This document shows, piece after piece, positions 11,492 through 24,129 of a stretch of 64,000 bases of DNA; positions within the stretch are counted from its first letter, which is position 1; each line of letters begins with the position of its first letter. The stretch comes from Okamejei kenojei. Taxonomy: Eukaryota. Both the position numbers and the translations under genes were made by a program. The notes below the pieces were generated by a model. The model was not told where the DNA came from. It ran no database searches and worked only from the letters and a program-made list of their open reading frames with translations. The stretch lies in the NCBI GenBank assembly GCA_035221665.1, contig CM069156.1, forward strand, positions 29,450,001 through 29,514,000, given 5' to 3'.

Positions 11492-13475
11492 CTGGGGGAA
11501 AAAAAACACAGCATTATGCATCGAGACTTCTCACCTGTGCAAAAGCAAGTCACCAAAGACATAGTCAGGTACTAATGAAACTTTTGATTGTTGGTGTTAA
11601 TAAACGCACAATTAGCTTACAGCTGCATAATGTACACAAAAGCTGAAACATGTCAGAAATGTTGTATGACAATAATGTGCATCAGATATCAGAGTAAATT
11701 AACAGCAAGACTCATAGTTTACAGCCTCAAAATTTGACACGATTACTCCAAAACAATGACATATCAACACAAGGTAGTTGAACCAACAGGTGCTCCACCT
11801 GCAGAGTTACATGATTTATAATCAGCTTATAGCTACAAATTATCTTCTGTTACACGGTGGCAGGGATGGCAATGATTAATATGAATTACTATGACATCAA
11901 CTGAAGTTTTTTGCACGTTTCTTTTCAATGCATTGTTATTGCATATCGATATATCTATGAAAATTCTGACAGAATATAGTAAACACCAGTTTCCCTGCAT
12001 TAAGGTTATGTTCAAGAGGCCATGCTTATTTGACAATTCATGGGAATTTATTGCCCAATCGGTGTGCAATATTAACATAGTACAAGAACAAAAAAGCTAC
12101 ATTTTTATTTCCTATGACATGTACAACATGAGCAATTTGCTTTAATGCTTAATGCAATCAGCCTGAAGTGCCGGTGGAACTACTTGAATAGTTGCAAATT
12201 TCAAGGTGACATTTCCATATCCATTATGTTTGTGTTCTCCCTGCACAGGACAAGATGTTTTGGACGTTTCAATCATGCTAATCTGAATGAGCAGTTGTTT
12301 ACACCAGCATTGTTGTTTAATCAAACCCAGTGGACCAATGTGTAATAAATATGTCAAACCTTGGGACATATGGTGTGATGCATAGAGTTTTGGAAAAGGT
12401 ATGTACAACCTAGCGCTGATGGTGTTCAAAAGAGGCAATGGTGTGATTAGTGCAGGGTGAGTGTTTATGTTGAGCTAGTTTCGTTTCCATAGACAGCTTT
12501 TTTACTGCACATCAATTTGCAAAGTAACTTTTAAAGGTTTCTCTATTTCCTGACAGAAATTGTGTTATAACAAATTTGCCCTAATACGAAGAGTTCCCTA
12601 ATTCAGTCGTCTTGCATCCAATTTGTGTAGCATAGCAGAACTACCTGTATTTTAAAGAGGAACCTGGATAATTGCCGGTCAGTTAGTCAAACAGGAAGAG
12701 AATTACAAGATGCTTCAGGAAGGAGAAAACAGAATTAAAACATAGGATTTATGGGCATTTTCTCAGATGAAAAACTAAAAATGGGCAGCTGTTTCCCTTA
12801 AAAGTTCTGTTCTGGAAATGCTTCTGTTCAATGTGCATTGTGAAGTGGACATGGAGCCTTGGGTAACAGGCACACAAATGTACAGACAATTCTGAGATAG
12901 AAGACGGGGAATAATTTAAGACCAAAAGCAAGAGGAATGGGTAAAATTGTATCAGATGCATTTCCATGTCAGAGCTTGAGGTTGCAACTCAGAAAATAAT
13001 AAAAGTAATAAATATACTTGGAATGGAGGAAAGCTGCATGTTGCAAGGCTGCAGGGATTTACAGGCTCATGTCATAATATCTTCAAAGCATCACATGAAT
13101 AGCCAAAATAATTGACATTCTATAACAAGAGGCCCTGAACATTAAATGTTTATGAAGGAACTGTAGATGATAGACACAAAATGCTGGAGTAACTCAGCAA
13201 GACAGGCAGCATCTCTGGATAGTAGGAACGTCACCCATTCCTTCTATCAGAGATGCTGTCTGTCCCACTGAGATACTCCAGCAATTAGCGTCATGACACT
13301 ATGAGTAGATTGAGATCTAGTTGCATCTCAAGATGGAATGGTTGCAAAATTGCCCTTATGACACTTCCTGTTACATTGTGCAAGGAACACTGCTTGGCCT
13401 GACTTCCACAGAATCTAATGTTAAAAGGACAAGCTTCTTGACATTTCCTCAATAATTTCCCTAGTGAGACTTTAC

Positions 13476-13591
13476 CTTCTTCTGGCCTGGTTGAGGCACA
13501 CTCAAGAGTTGAAGCCTGCATTGCCAAAGCTATTGCATTCTCGGTGTCGGAATGTTGCTGCCTATCCGTGAAAGAGCACTGGGACATTGAT
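13476..13591 (-). CDS. TRIM37: TRIM37 exon ~22
   Basis: gttccag|ATCAATG...GAAG|gtaaag; 116 nt, phase 2 to 1 as required; SMSQCSFTDRQQHSDTENAIALAMQASTLECASTRPEE, comparable to human ...AAPEE(G). Confidence 0.85.
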
Positions 13592-14489
13592 CTGGAACCA
13601 GATAATCATAGGGAAGGTTAATAAAATAGCTTTTAAACCAATCACTCCAAGCTATTTCACTCCAAAACTAGTCTTGTTGGGTAAATACTACTTTTGTGCA
13701 TACCATACAAGATCCTACTACAGGAACATGATAAAGTGTTCTATCGAATCTCATGTTGACCATCAGTAAAATAACAGCAGCAGAAACATGGAGAGCACAA
13801 CCTGCCCCCACCATGCTGCACAGAAGCATTGATATCTCAGAGAAAAGGCCCTAGTTTTGAACACCCATTTTTACACTAATCTTATCATGACCCATTTTAT
13901 TCTCCCTATATTCCCATAAAATTCTACCATTTCATCTAACACAAAGGGTAATTTGCAGTGATCAATTAACCTACCAACTCGCAAATTTGTTTTTGGAGAT
14001 GTGGGAGGAAACCAGAGTGCCTCGAAGAAATCCACACCATCACATTGAGAATTTGCAAACGACAGCCTTGAAAGTCAGGATCAAACTCAAGTCACTACCC
14101 CTTCATCGTCAGTGAATCCAAGTCCTGTCATTCATTTGCCAGTAGTATTATTGGAGGACGTTCACTAAGATGGCAGCATTGCATGAAGATAGCTCACCAT
14201 CACCATGAGGATAATTACAAATGGATGTTAAAGTTTTCCTATATGCAAATGCAAAAAGGGCTAGGAATGGTAGGCATCTTAAATGACATTTACACTCACA
14301 CATAATTCATTGCAAATTAAACATCATCTTGGCTCAATTGATAATATTTGCTGAGCTTTCCAGATGGAATGGTCCTTTACAGTCAGCTGCAGCTTGGACT
14401 AAAATGACACCAAACCTGGCAACTCCTGTATGGGCAATTTCTATACACGTTGCACTTAATCTGGGATTGCATTTATGTACAGTAGTAAT

Positions 14490-16387
14490 TTATAAGAGTA
14501 AACTGAAAAAGATCAGAAGGGCAAAAAGGGGCCAGGAGATAGCTCTGGTGGGTAGCATTAAGGACAAACCCAAAATAGTTTATAAATACAGAAGGGGGAA
14601 AAAGGGTAACTAGAGAGTGAGTGGGACCTCTCAGGAATCAAAGCGGTCACAGGAGATGGGTAAGGTCCTCAATGAGTATTTCTCCTCTGTATTTACCGAG
14701 GAGATAGACAGTAGGACGGAGGAACTTGGGGCAGTCAATGGAAGTGTCTTGAGAGCAGTCAGGGTTACTGTCGAAGAACTACTAAAAGTACTGGCGTGTA
14801 TGAAGTTAGACAAATCTCCAGGACCTGATCAGATATATCTGAGGACATTTTGGGAAACTAGAGATTAAATTGCGGGAGCCCTGGTTAAAAATTACGAGCC
14901 GTCCTTAAATACAGGAGAGGTGCCGGAAGACTGGAGGGTGGCAAATGTTGTGCCTCTTTTCAAGAAGGGCTGCAGGGAACTTGCTGGGAACTATAGGCTG
15001 GGTGAGCTTAACATCCGTAGTTGGAAAGTCATTGGAGAGTATTCTCTCCAGTTACTGGAGAGTAGGTTATGCAGGCATTTGGATGGGCAAGGTCCGATTA
15101 GGGATAGTCAGCATGGTTTCGTACGTGGGAGGTCATGTCTCACAAATCTGATTGATTTTTTTGAAGACGTGATCAAAAAGGTCGATGAGGGCGGAGCTGT
15201 CGATGTTGTGTATAAGGATTTCAGTAAGGCATTCAACAAGGTTCCGCATGGTAGGCTGATCTGGAAGGTTAGATTGCATGGGATCTAAGGAGAGATAATT
15301 GAATGGATAGCAAATTAGCTCCATGGAAGGAAGCAGAAGGTGATGGTGGAAGGTTGCTTCTCGGACTGGAGACCTGTGACTAGTGGTGTGTCCCAGTGTT
15401 CGGTGCTGGCCCTGTCACTGTTTGTCATCTACATCAATGATTTGGATGAGAACATACAGAACAAGATTGGCATGTTTGCTGATGATACAAAAGTAAGTGG
15501 TTTTGCAGATTGTGAAGATGGTTGTGAAAGATTGCAGCAGGATCTGTATCGATTGGGCAGGTGGGCGGAGGAATGGTTGATGGAATTTAATACAGAAAAG
15601 ATTGAGATGTTGCATTTGGGACATCAAACAAGGGCAGGACCTACACAGTAAATGCTAGGCCTCTGGGTAGTGTTGTGGAGCAGAGGGATCTAGGAATACA
15701 GGTGCATGGTTCCTTGGAGGTCGAGTCGCAGGTAGATAAGGTGGTAAAAAAGGACTTTTGGTATTTGTCCATCATGAGTCAGAGTATTGAGTATAGAAGT
15801 TGGGAGGTCATGTTGCAGTTGTATAAGATGTTGGTGAGACCATATTTAGAATATTGTGTTCAGTTCTGGACACCATGGTATAGGAAAGATATTGTTAAGC
15901 TTGAAAGGGTTCAGAAAAGATTTACGAGGATGTTGCCAGTACCAGATGGTGTGAGCTGTAGGGAGAGGTTTAGGTCAGGTCTCCATTCCATGGAGCGCAG
16001 GAGGATGAGGGAGGATCTTATGGAGGTGTACAAAATCATGAGAGGAATAGATTGCGGTAGATGCAGAGTCTCTGGCCCAGAATAGGGGAATCGAGAACCA
16101 GAGGACAAAGGTTCAAGGTGAAGGGGAAAAGATTTAACAGGAATCCAGGGTAACTTTTTCACACAAAGGGTGGTGGGTGTATGGAACAAGGTGCCAGAGG
16201 AGGTAGTCGAGGCTGGGACGATCCCATCGTTTAAGAGACAGTTAGACAGGTACATGGATAGGACAGGTTTGGAGGGATATGGACCAGGCACAGGCAAGTG
16301 GGACTAGTGTAGCTGGGACATTGTTGGTTGGTGTGGGAAAGTTGGGCCGAAGGGCCTGTTTCCACACTGTATCACTCTATGACTCTA
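14490..16387 (+). mobile_element. CR1/HER1-type LINE, 5'-truncated ORF2 (RT) with 3' tail
   Basis: KSPGPDQI, PEDWRVANVVPLFKKG, QHGFVRGRSCLTNL, DFSKAFNKVPH, FADDTK, VRPYLEYCVQFW, LERVQKRFTRM; tail gggccgaagggcctgtttcc...ctctatgactcta. Confidence 0.95.
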
Positions 16388-17034
16388 CTGAGCTGCATGC
16401 AAAAAAAAAAAAATCACTTAATCTATGTGCATGTGGTAAAGAATCATTGAATATTACAACCCAGAGGGGAGAATACCAAATTCAAGCCCAAAATCAGGAT
16501 TTGAACAAGTCTACAAACATTATAGTACTGCATTGGCAAAGGTACCAAAAGTACTGAACCCAACACAATAGCGCAAGTGGAATATTGAAGATTATGCAGT
16601 AGTTGAGATGATATTCTCCTCCCATTTCCTCTTTAATTACCACAATTAGCAAATTATCCAGTCATCTACCTCATTAGCTGCCTTTGGGATCATTTGTAGA
16701 TAAATTTGCAGCCGCATGTCTAAAGAAGAGGCTACATTTCAAAAGTCAGTCATCACTCAAACATGATAAACAGCAATATAAATTCAAACTGCGTTCCGTC
16801 CTAAAGGACAACTCCATTAGTTCCGGTCCTGCTGAAAAGAGATACAGGTTTGAACAGTGAATCATGCACAAAAGTTAAGCTTGAGGTAAATGGTTAAAAA
16901 TACCTCCCTCGAGGTGGAATTAGTGGATAAAATGCAGCATTAGGCAAAAAAAAAGATAGTTGCCTGCAATTCTATTTTTAACCCAAGGCAGCAAAGAGGA
17001 AGAAGGGTGGCAAATAGACACTTTGTACTCTCAC

Positions 17035-17221
17035 CCTATTGTAACGATTTTCCGTGATGTCTCCAGTGACGTCAATCCATTCAGTGTTGAGATGCTAAAC
17101 ATATCAGAAGCAGCAGTGGCAGAAGGCCTATCATCCGCCTTGCCCATTGATGTTACCTCAGAATCATTGGATTTGTTTATAGAGTGTGGGGATCCTTGTC
17201 TACTGTTAGATTTTGCTGAAC
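17035..17221 (-). CDS. TRIM37: TRIM37 exon ~21
   Basis: tttctag|GTTCAG...ATAGG|gtgaga; 187 nt; SAKSNSRQGSPHS...NGLTSLETSRKIVTI(G), comparable to human ...RRKMVTLG. Confidence 0.88.
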
Positions 17222-17562
17222 CTAGAAATTATAGTATATTAAAAGATAAATTCCCATCCTTCTCCAAATAACAGTCCATGATATATCCCCAATATGTTCT
17301 AGCTTGCACTAACATTGATATTTACATGTTTAAGGTTAAATTTTGTTGTTTATATCTTGTTAATCTCCATGTAATGCTTACATTTTTAGAAATACTAAAA
17401 AGTTCATTGCACCAGGTGTTGATGTATGTACCGATGTCAACAGTTGGTTTCAAAAGGAAGAGCAGTAATAACCAGAAGTGGACTGCATCAGGGAACATGG
17501 TACATTAAATTGCAATCAGTTTATTCCTGTTTCCAGTCAAACACGTGTGGCCTTGGAACAAG

Positions 17563-17763
17563 TATGTAGGAAGGAACTGCAGATGCTGGTTCAAATCGAA
17601 GATAGACAAAAGGCTGGGGTAACTTAGCAGGTCAGGCAGCATCTCTGGAGAAAAGGAATAGGTGACGTTTCCGATAGAGACCCTTCTTCAGACTGAGCTC
17701 TCAGTCTGAAGTGATGCTGCCTGACCCGCCGAGGTATCCCAGCTTTTTATGTCTAATTTGACT
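17563..17763. repeat. Penelope-derived palindromic short element (representative; similar copies near 1245, 11000, 13155, 18722, 19745, 30535, 34917, 51830, 53075, 55980)
   Basis: gctggggtaacttagcaggtcaggcagcatc ... gatgctgcctgacccgccgaggtatcccagc inverted arms; flanked by TTGGAACAAG at 17553-17562 and 17764-17773. Confidence 0.8.
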
Positions 17764-18045
17764 TTGGAACAAGCTTGGAAGAGAGGACATTTTGTATCTT
17801 ACAGCATGTCACTTATAATTAGAATTTTTGACCTAAAATAGCAAATCTCAAGCAAAATTAAAATCATGCTGTACTTCATGCGATAATTAACATAATACAG
17901 CACTTGCAAGTGATTTTGCTTTAATAATTTGCAAGGGTACGTTCCTTTCTGAATGCATCTCTCCTTCTGCAGCCAGAAATACTGGTTACCATCTTATTAA
18001 AAAGTATAAAAATAAAGCAGAGGTACGAAACAGTACAACAGTTAC

Positions 18046-18177
18046 CTGCTGTGGTGACTTGGCCATTCTCTTGGCAATGGAGATCTTTATCCACACAGTC
18101 CAGTGCTCTGCGGACAGACAGAGAGGTCCCTGGACCCGAGCGATTGTGCTTTGGAGATGCAGATTTCCTGCTGGATG
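18046..18177 (-). CDS. TRIM37: TRIM37 exon ~20
   Basis: ctatcag|CATCC...GCAG|gtaact; 132 nt; SSRKSASPKHNRSGPGTSLSVRRALDCVDKDLHCQENGQVTTA. Confidence 0.9.
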
Positions 18178-20229
18178 CTGATAGACAATTTGAAATGAGA
18201 TACGAGTTAACACCTTATCTCGGTTTAGGTCAGGTTAACCACAAGCTAATGCAAACAAGTGATTATTGTGATATTTTGAATTTTTTGCAAAAGCTGACAA
18301 GCTCATTTATCGACAACATCGTTCATCAGCATCTTAACTGGTTATGGATTCCCCTCACAAACATGCACCCAATCAGTTAAGCACTTGTATTTTTATAAAT
18401 AACCATTTTCACAAGGTTTTCTCGAAATGCTCAGCAACTCAAATCTATGCTCTCTGGACATTTACTGTTTTGATGTCAGAAGAAAGAAACCAAAACAGAG
18501 TGCTCACCAGAATGTACTCTGTAGTAAATCATTCCCGTTTCCCAGGTAACTGCAATCCGATCACTAAGCATTAAATTCCAACGTTTGAACATTTATTGTC
18601 TCGTGCTGTATGTTCATAGCATATTTTTGTCTGCATGTAGTACATATAAGCTGTATTCATTATTTTCTAAACAAACTAGATAAGCCAAGTTTCAAATCGA
18701 ATCAAAGAGTCTATCCAGGTTTGGACACAAAAAGCTGGAGTATCTCAGCGGGTCAGATTGTATCTCTGGAGATAGGTGAATTTCTGGTCAAGGGTCCCGA
18801 CTCAAGACATTACCCATCGATGTTCTCCAGAGATGCTGTCTGACCCGCTGAGTTACCCCAGCACTGTCATTTTATGTAAACCAGCATCTGCGGTTCCTTG
18901 TTTCTACGCTCCAGGTCTGCTTGCACAGCAATGTGATAATAAAATCATTTTGACTTTTAAACAGATGCCATCTTCTCCTCACAAGTTTTTGGATCAGGGT
19001 GCTGACGATGTGAAGCAGGTCACACACCAGGTGGTGATGAGTTTGACTCCGTCCTGTCCCATTAGCTGTCCTCAGGTGCTACAGCAGCTGGGGCACTACA
19101 ACTACTTCCAGCACTCTACTTGCGGAGGAAAGAGAAAACAACGATTTCTAATGTGTGAATATCCCCTGACATTTGCTGGCAACCCCTAATTAAAAGTAAC
19201 CTACTAACGCATTGACGTCACTCAGGCAAGGTAATGGAGAAGTTTCCTATAATTGAGTCTTCTAGAACAGCGAAGGATAAAATTGATTAAAAGTAAAGAC
19301 ATTCAGATCTGTCACTTTACTACTGAGAATATAGGAAATACGACATGGTTCGCTGTGTATACTGGAAGCAGCATGTCAATTACAGAATCACACAATTTCA
19401 GAAAGGATTACGATTCAGTTTCCAAGTTACTTCGCTGGCACCACAATGGATTATGTATGTTATAAGGTTGTCAAATCTTCCTCAATTATTATATCTTGGC
19501 TGCGCAGATGACAAATAACTAGATTACCTTCCAATTCAAGCAATGACCAACACAAATCAAGCCAAGAACATTTAGTTCAATTAACAGCCATCAACTGCGA
19601 CCCAGACAGGATTTTTAATCAATGAGCATAGTTTTCATAGTCACCAGAAAATGTGGTCACTGACTGTCGGGGAGACAGAAGGGAGTTGCTGGGAAAATAT
19701 TAGTGTACTGTACCAGTTACCGCCTTTCACCCAAAATAAATGACGCAAAATGCGGGAGCAAGTGAGTGAGTCAGGCAACATCTATGGAGAACATGACCTA
19801 AAAACATTGCCGAGTTATTCCAGCATATTGTGTCTATTTTGTATACCAGCACCTGCAGTCCTTTATGTCTACTGTTTTCTCCCAGCTGGGTAAACTAGTC
19901 CAACTAAAGTTGAAGCAAAAAGCAAAAAAAAGCTCAAATCACACTTGCTTCATCACACCTTGCCAAAGGATCGTGGCCCTTCCCAATCTGATGGACAAGC
20001 ATTGTCCAACTGGGATGCAGACTGGGTCAAAGGCCTCGAGCAGGGCTTTTGCACAAACGTTAGTAGTTGCTATTATTCCTGATTATAACTCTCTTCAAGA
20101 ATTCGACAGTGATAACAAAAGAATTGCTTTGGCTTTCCTCTGCTGCAGGAAACGTCATAGTCAGGATTCACCTCAACTGCCTCCTCCTAGCAGTGGAAGC
20201 TGTCCTCCAAAACAGTGCAAGGTATGTCC

Positions 20230-21300
20230 ACTGAGTCTCCTAATGTGTGATAACTCTTAAGACAAATACCGGGAACATCAACTGTATAGTGGCCTTTTCA
20301 GCCTCTCCAAAGCCTTCCATTCCAACATAGAGGGGCCATGGAACACCCTCCCAAAATTCCAATGGCCTGCAAAATTCAGCACCATTGTAAATTTGCTTAA
20401 TGATGGCATATATAGAATGCTCCTAATGAACAGACAACCCAAGTGAAGCCAGCGTCAATCATTGCCCCGACACTTTGCTACACCTTCCTCACCGCAATGC
20501 TCGTCTTGGAGTAGAGTGGAGCTAACAGACAACTGTTCAAATTATGGTAAGTACACTTTAGAATCAGATCACCCAAACCTCAGCTGTGAGCTGCAGCATA
20601 CGGACGATTCATTTTCATGCACTTAAAAGACAAGCTCCACTTTAGTGCTGACGTGTTCACTGAAGCATACAAGATGACACATAAAGAGCTGAAGATGCTG
20701 CTTATTCCAACCCAAAATGTCACTATCCATTCCTTCCACAGATGGTGCATGACCCGCTGAGTTACTTCTGCACTGTGTGTTTTGCTCAAGATGACAGAGC
20801 TTATACGTGGCATCCACAATCTCAGATCCGCTATTAACCTTAGACTCGTCATTCACAATGGACAGGCCCACTACATCATACCGCCTTCTGCCAATATAGT
20901 TCATGATACTGGAAAATATGGCCACCTCCCATTCCTCTTGGCAGAGGTCAACATCAACGATGAAATTTGATATGAACAACAATGCACCAGCAGGTAACTT
21001 GCTTGATTGAGATTAAATGTTCTAAGATCGATACCTCCAACATGGCACAAAACTCAGGACCTACTGGATAGTCGCTAACTTCAGTCCTCGTAGGTTTTTT
21101 GAGATCTGGACCTCCAACATCGGGCAACTCAAGAAAGTGGCGGAATTAAACCAATGCCTGCAAAATCTTTCAAATTCAGTGCATGGATAAGCAAGCTATG
21201 TTCCCAGATCCACATTTCAGGCACTGAAAGCTAATTACATCAAGACAATTCAAATAGGCAGGCCACGTGTCTGACATCGGACTCAAACCAGACAGACCAC
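20230..21300 (+). mobile_element. Highly degenerate RTE-clade LINE remnant
   Basis: atcattgccccgacactt (IAPTL-like), gagctgcagcatacggacg (ELQ(Y)ADD-like), gtgttcactgaagcatac. Confidence 0.45.
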
Positions 21301-21830
21301 TCTGAGCTGCTGGTCGAGCAGCATCCATGCTGGCAAGGAAAGGTCAATGTTTCAAAATGAAATGCTACGTCATACTTGAAAGTGGAGGGGGAAAATATCT
21401 AACACCTAAAGGAGAGATGAGACCGATTGGAAAGATCATTAGTGGAGTGGGGATGGGTGAAGGATGATGGACATATGGAGACAGGTAGGGGAGGGGAAAG
21501 GGGTGAAATGGGGAGCTAGAGGACGGTAGATGATGGAGGCAGATAAGGGATAAGACTGAGAAAGTTGCTGGCAGGTGATAAGGCTGCCAGTGCTGAAACT
21601 AAGTCAGGATGGTCCGAATTATTAATGGAGAGGTGAATAGCAGATGGTGGAGGGAGGAAGCGTGCTGGTGAAAAGAGTGTTAAGTAGGTGGATGGAAATA
21701 GACCAAGGGGTGCGAAAATTCAAAAACCAAAAGGAAAATACAGGAGAGGTAGGAAGTTACTAAAAATGGATAGTTCAATGTTCATACCATCGGGGTACAG
21801 GCTACTAAAAAAATGAGAAATTGTTCGTAA
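21300..21830 (-). mobile_element. Degenerate Penelope-like fragment
   Basis: gcagcatc terminal motif and ttcaatgttcataccatcggggtacaggct. Confidence 0.5.
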
Positions 21831-22163
21831 CAAGGTCATGGTCAGTTTGCACAAAGTAGGAACAAGAGGCCAGCACCCAAAGTAGGATAAGAGTTGGTTG
21901 GAGGTCTCTCAAGCACACACAAAATAGGGAATTAGTGAAGTAATGGTGTACACATGACCAAATAAACTTAAAAATGGCATTAACACTTTGGATCAGTTTT
22001 CCCCCTATAGTCAAGTGATGTGGCTTTTAATTTTGAGCATTTTCTCTTAATAAAGAGAAATTATACACCTGAGGTAGCATCATTAACATCATCACCACAT
22101 TTTTATAGTCATAAGGCATGCGTGTTGAAAGAACACAGTCAATATAATCACTTGTTCACTCAC

Positions 22164-22454
22164 CAAAGGTTATGTAATTAGAAAAGAGGTCCAGCCCCGA
22201 TTCATGCCTCCGGATGCCGGCGATTCCGCAGGACCCCTGAGGTACCTGCTCTCCTGGATAAGCGATGTAGTTTGACCCCAAATCTCCACAAGGCACGGTG
22301 TTATTTTTCACTTCAGACATTTGGCTTTTGACTTCAGACATTTTGCTCCTGACTTCAGCCATTTGGGCCTTTAGCCTCTTCAGGACGCCGGAATCAGGCG
22401 GTGAGCGACGTACAGATTGCTGTCGCCGCTGGTCGCGGTCTTTACGGCATTGAG
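22164..22454 (-). CDS. TRIM37: TRIM37 exon ~19
   Basis: aaatag|CTCAATG...TTTG|gtgagt; 291 nt; QCRKDRDQRRQQSVRRSPPDSGVLKRLKAQMAEVRSKMSEVKSQMSEVKNN... Confidence 0.93.
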
Positions 22455-22744
22455 CTATTTACAAAAGAAAATAATTAAAACTTCCTCCTTAGTCATTCAT
22501 TAAAACCCCTTCCTTTACTTAAGCTTCAAATTGCCAAAGTTCTCACCCTCAACAAAGGGAGCCGAGATTAGCTGTAGTCTTTCTACAGTCACTCAGTATT
22601 TAGTTCACTCAGCCTAAAGTTGAGGTTTAACCGAGTTTTCGATGCAGTTCAAGCTCAGTTATTACAAAAAATGCCTTGGTGGAAGCAGCAAAGCAAACAA
22701 ATACTGCCCCATACTGCTGGTTCAGATTCATCAGGAAATTAGAT

Positions 22745-23043
22745 ATTAGTTTGAGACATAACGTGGAAACATGCCCTTTGGCCAACCGAGTCCACGCCGA
22801 CCATCAATCACCCGTACACACTATCCCTCCTACACGCTCGGGGCAATTTACAGGAATCAATTAACCATCAAACTTGCGAGTGGGAGGAATGGCATGTGGA
22901 AGGAATCCAGAGCACCCAGAGTAAACCCACGTAGTTAGAATGAGAACATACAAACTCTGGACAGACAGCACCCGTAGTCAGGATCGAATCGTGGTCTCTG
23001 GTGCTCTAGGGCAGCACTCTACCATTGCGCTTCAGTGCTGCCC
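22745..23043 (-). mobile_element. HE1-like tRNA-derived V-SINE
   Basis: Head gggcagcac...tggtagag (A box) ...gattcgatcc (B box); V-domain-like gagtttgtatgttctc; LINE-type tail. Confidence 0.8.
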
Positions 23044-24129
23044 TTAATATTAAACAACAAATATTCCTGGCGTTGGATACATAAATGCATATAACTTGGC
23101 ATATACATACAACATAGTTATCAGTAAGAAGCAAAACTAAAGGAGGATTTCAAATTTGTGAATAGATTGGACAACATTAAAGACGTTTTATTTGTAGGCA
23201 AGTCCAAAATTAGAAGTTAAAAATACAAGAGAGTGATAAGTAAACCCGGAGAATTCTGCAAAGTGGTCATTACATGGGACTTGCTACGCAGGAATTATTT
23301 TAGAATAAGTTAGCCGAGCAGCTATGGGTGAAACAAATAGAAAGCATTTTTGATTGGTTGAGGTGTTACATGGAAGGTGTGAATGCAGAGGATCGAACCT
23401 ACAAAGACCTACGGAGATGAAAAGCACACTTTCAGTTCCTAAATTTCACAAAAATATCTAGTAATGGACTATGAAGGAAAAAAAGATTTCAGCTGTACAA
23501 ACTTTCTTCATCAGCTTATCATAGCCTTGAGTCACAGATGAAAGGATAGCTGTGGGCATGTCTCTCAACATGATGGAACCTTGCACCACTGAAGCATAGA
23601 TAGTTTGCTATATCACAATTTTGGGAGGGAGGCATTGGCGCAGAAGAGAATTAAGCGCTAATCTCTTTCATAGAGAAAAAAATAAAAATGAAAGTTATGA
23701 GAGAATAACCTGGAAGTTCCTAATCATCAAGAGCATTGCAGCAAATTTATCGTGCATTAATGATGCTTTTCTTATAATTACAACAATGACTACACTTTTA
23801 AGTGCTTCACTGGCTGTAAAGCACTGTGGAACACCCAGAGGTATAAATGCAAGGCTCTCTTCCTAATGAGGCAAAACGAAACACCAAGTCATTACTTTCC
23901 TTTCAAAACTTGCGAGCATTTAAATAACTGGGGATTTGCACATCAGCCTGGAAAAAAATGCTCAATTTTCTCAAAATCAATCACGCTCCAAAGCCCGTGA
24001 TCATTCTAGTCACTACAGTGATTTATCAGCTGAGAGGACCAAGTCATTGAGTTTCTGAGAATTGCAATGAACTTACAGCACAGACCTATTTATAAATTCC
24101 TGGATATGCACCATCTCACTGTGTTACTA

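Noticed and set aside
22970-23043. tRNA gene
   Set aside because: A/B-box-like head only; it continues into SINE body and LINE-type tail, and no cloverleaf is evident.
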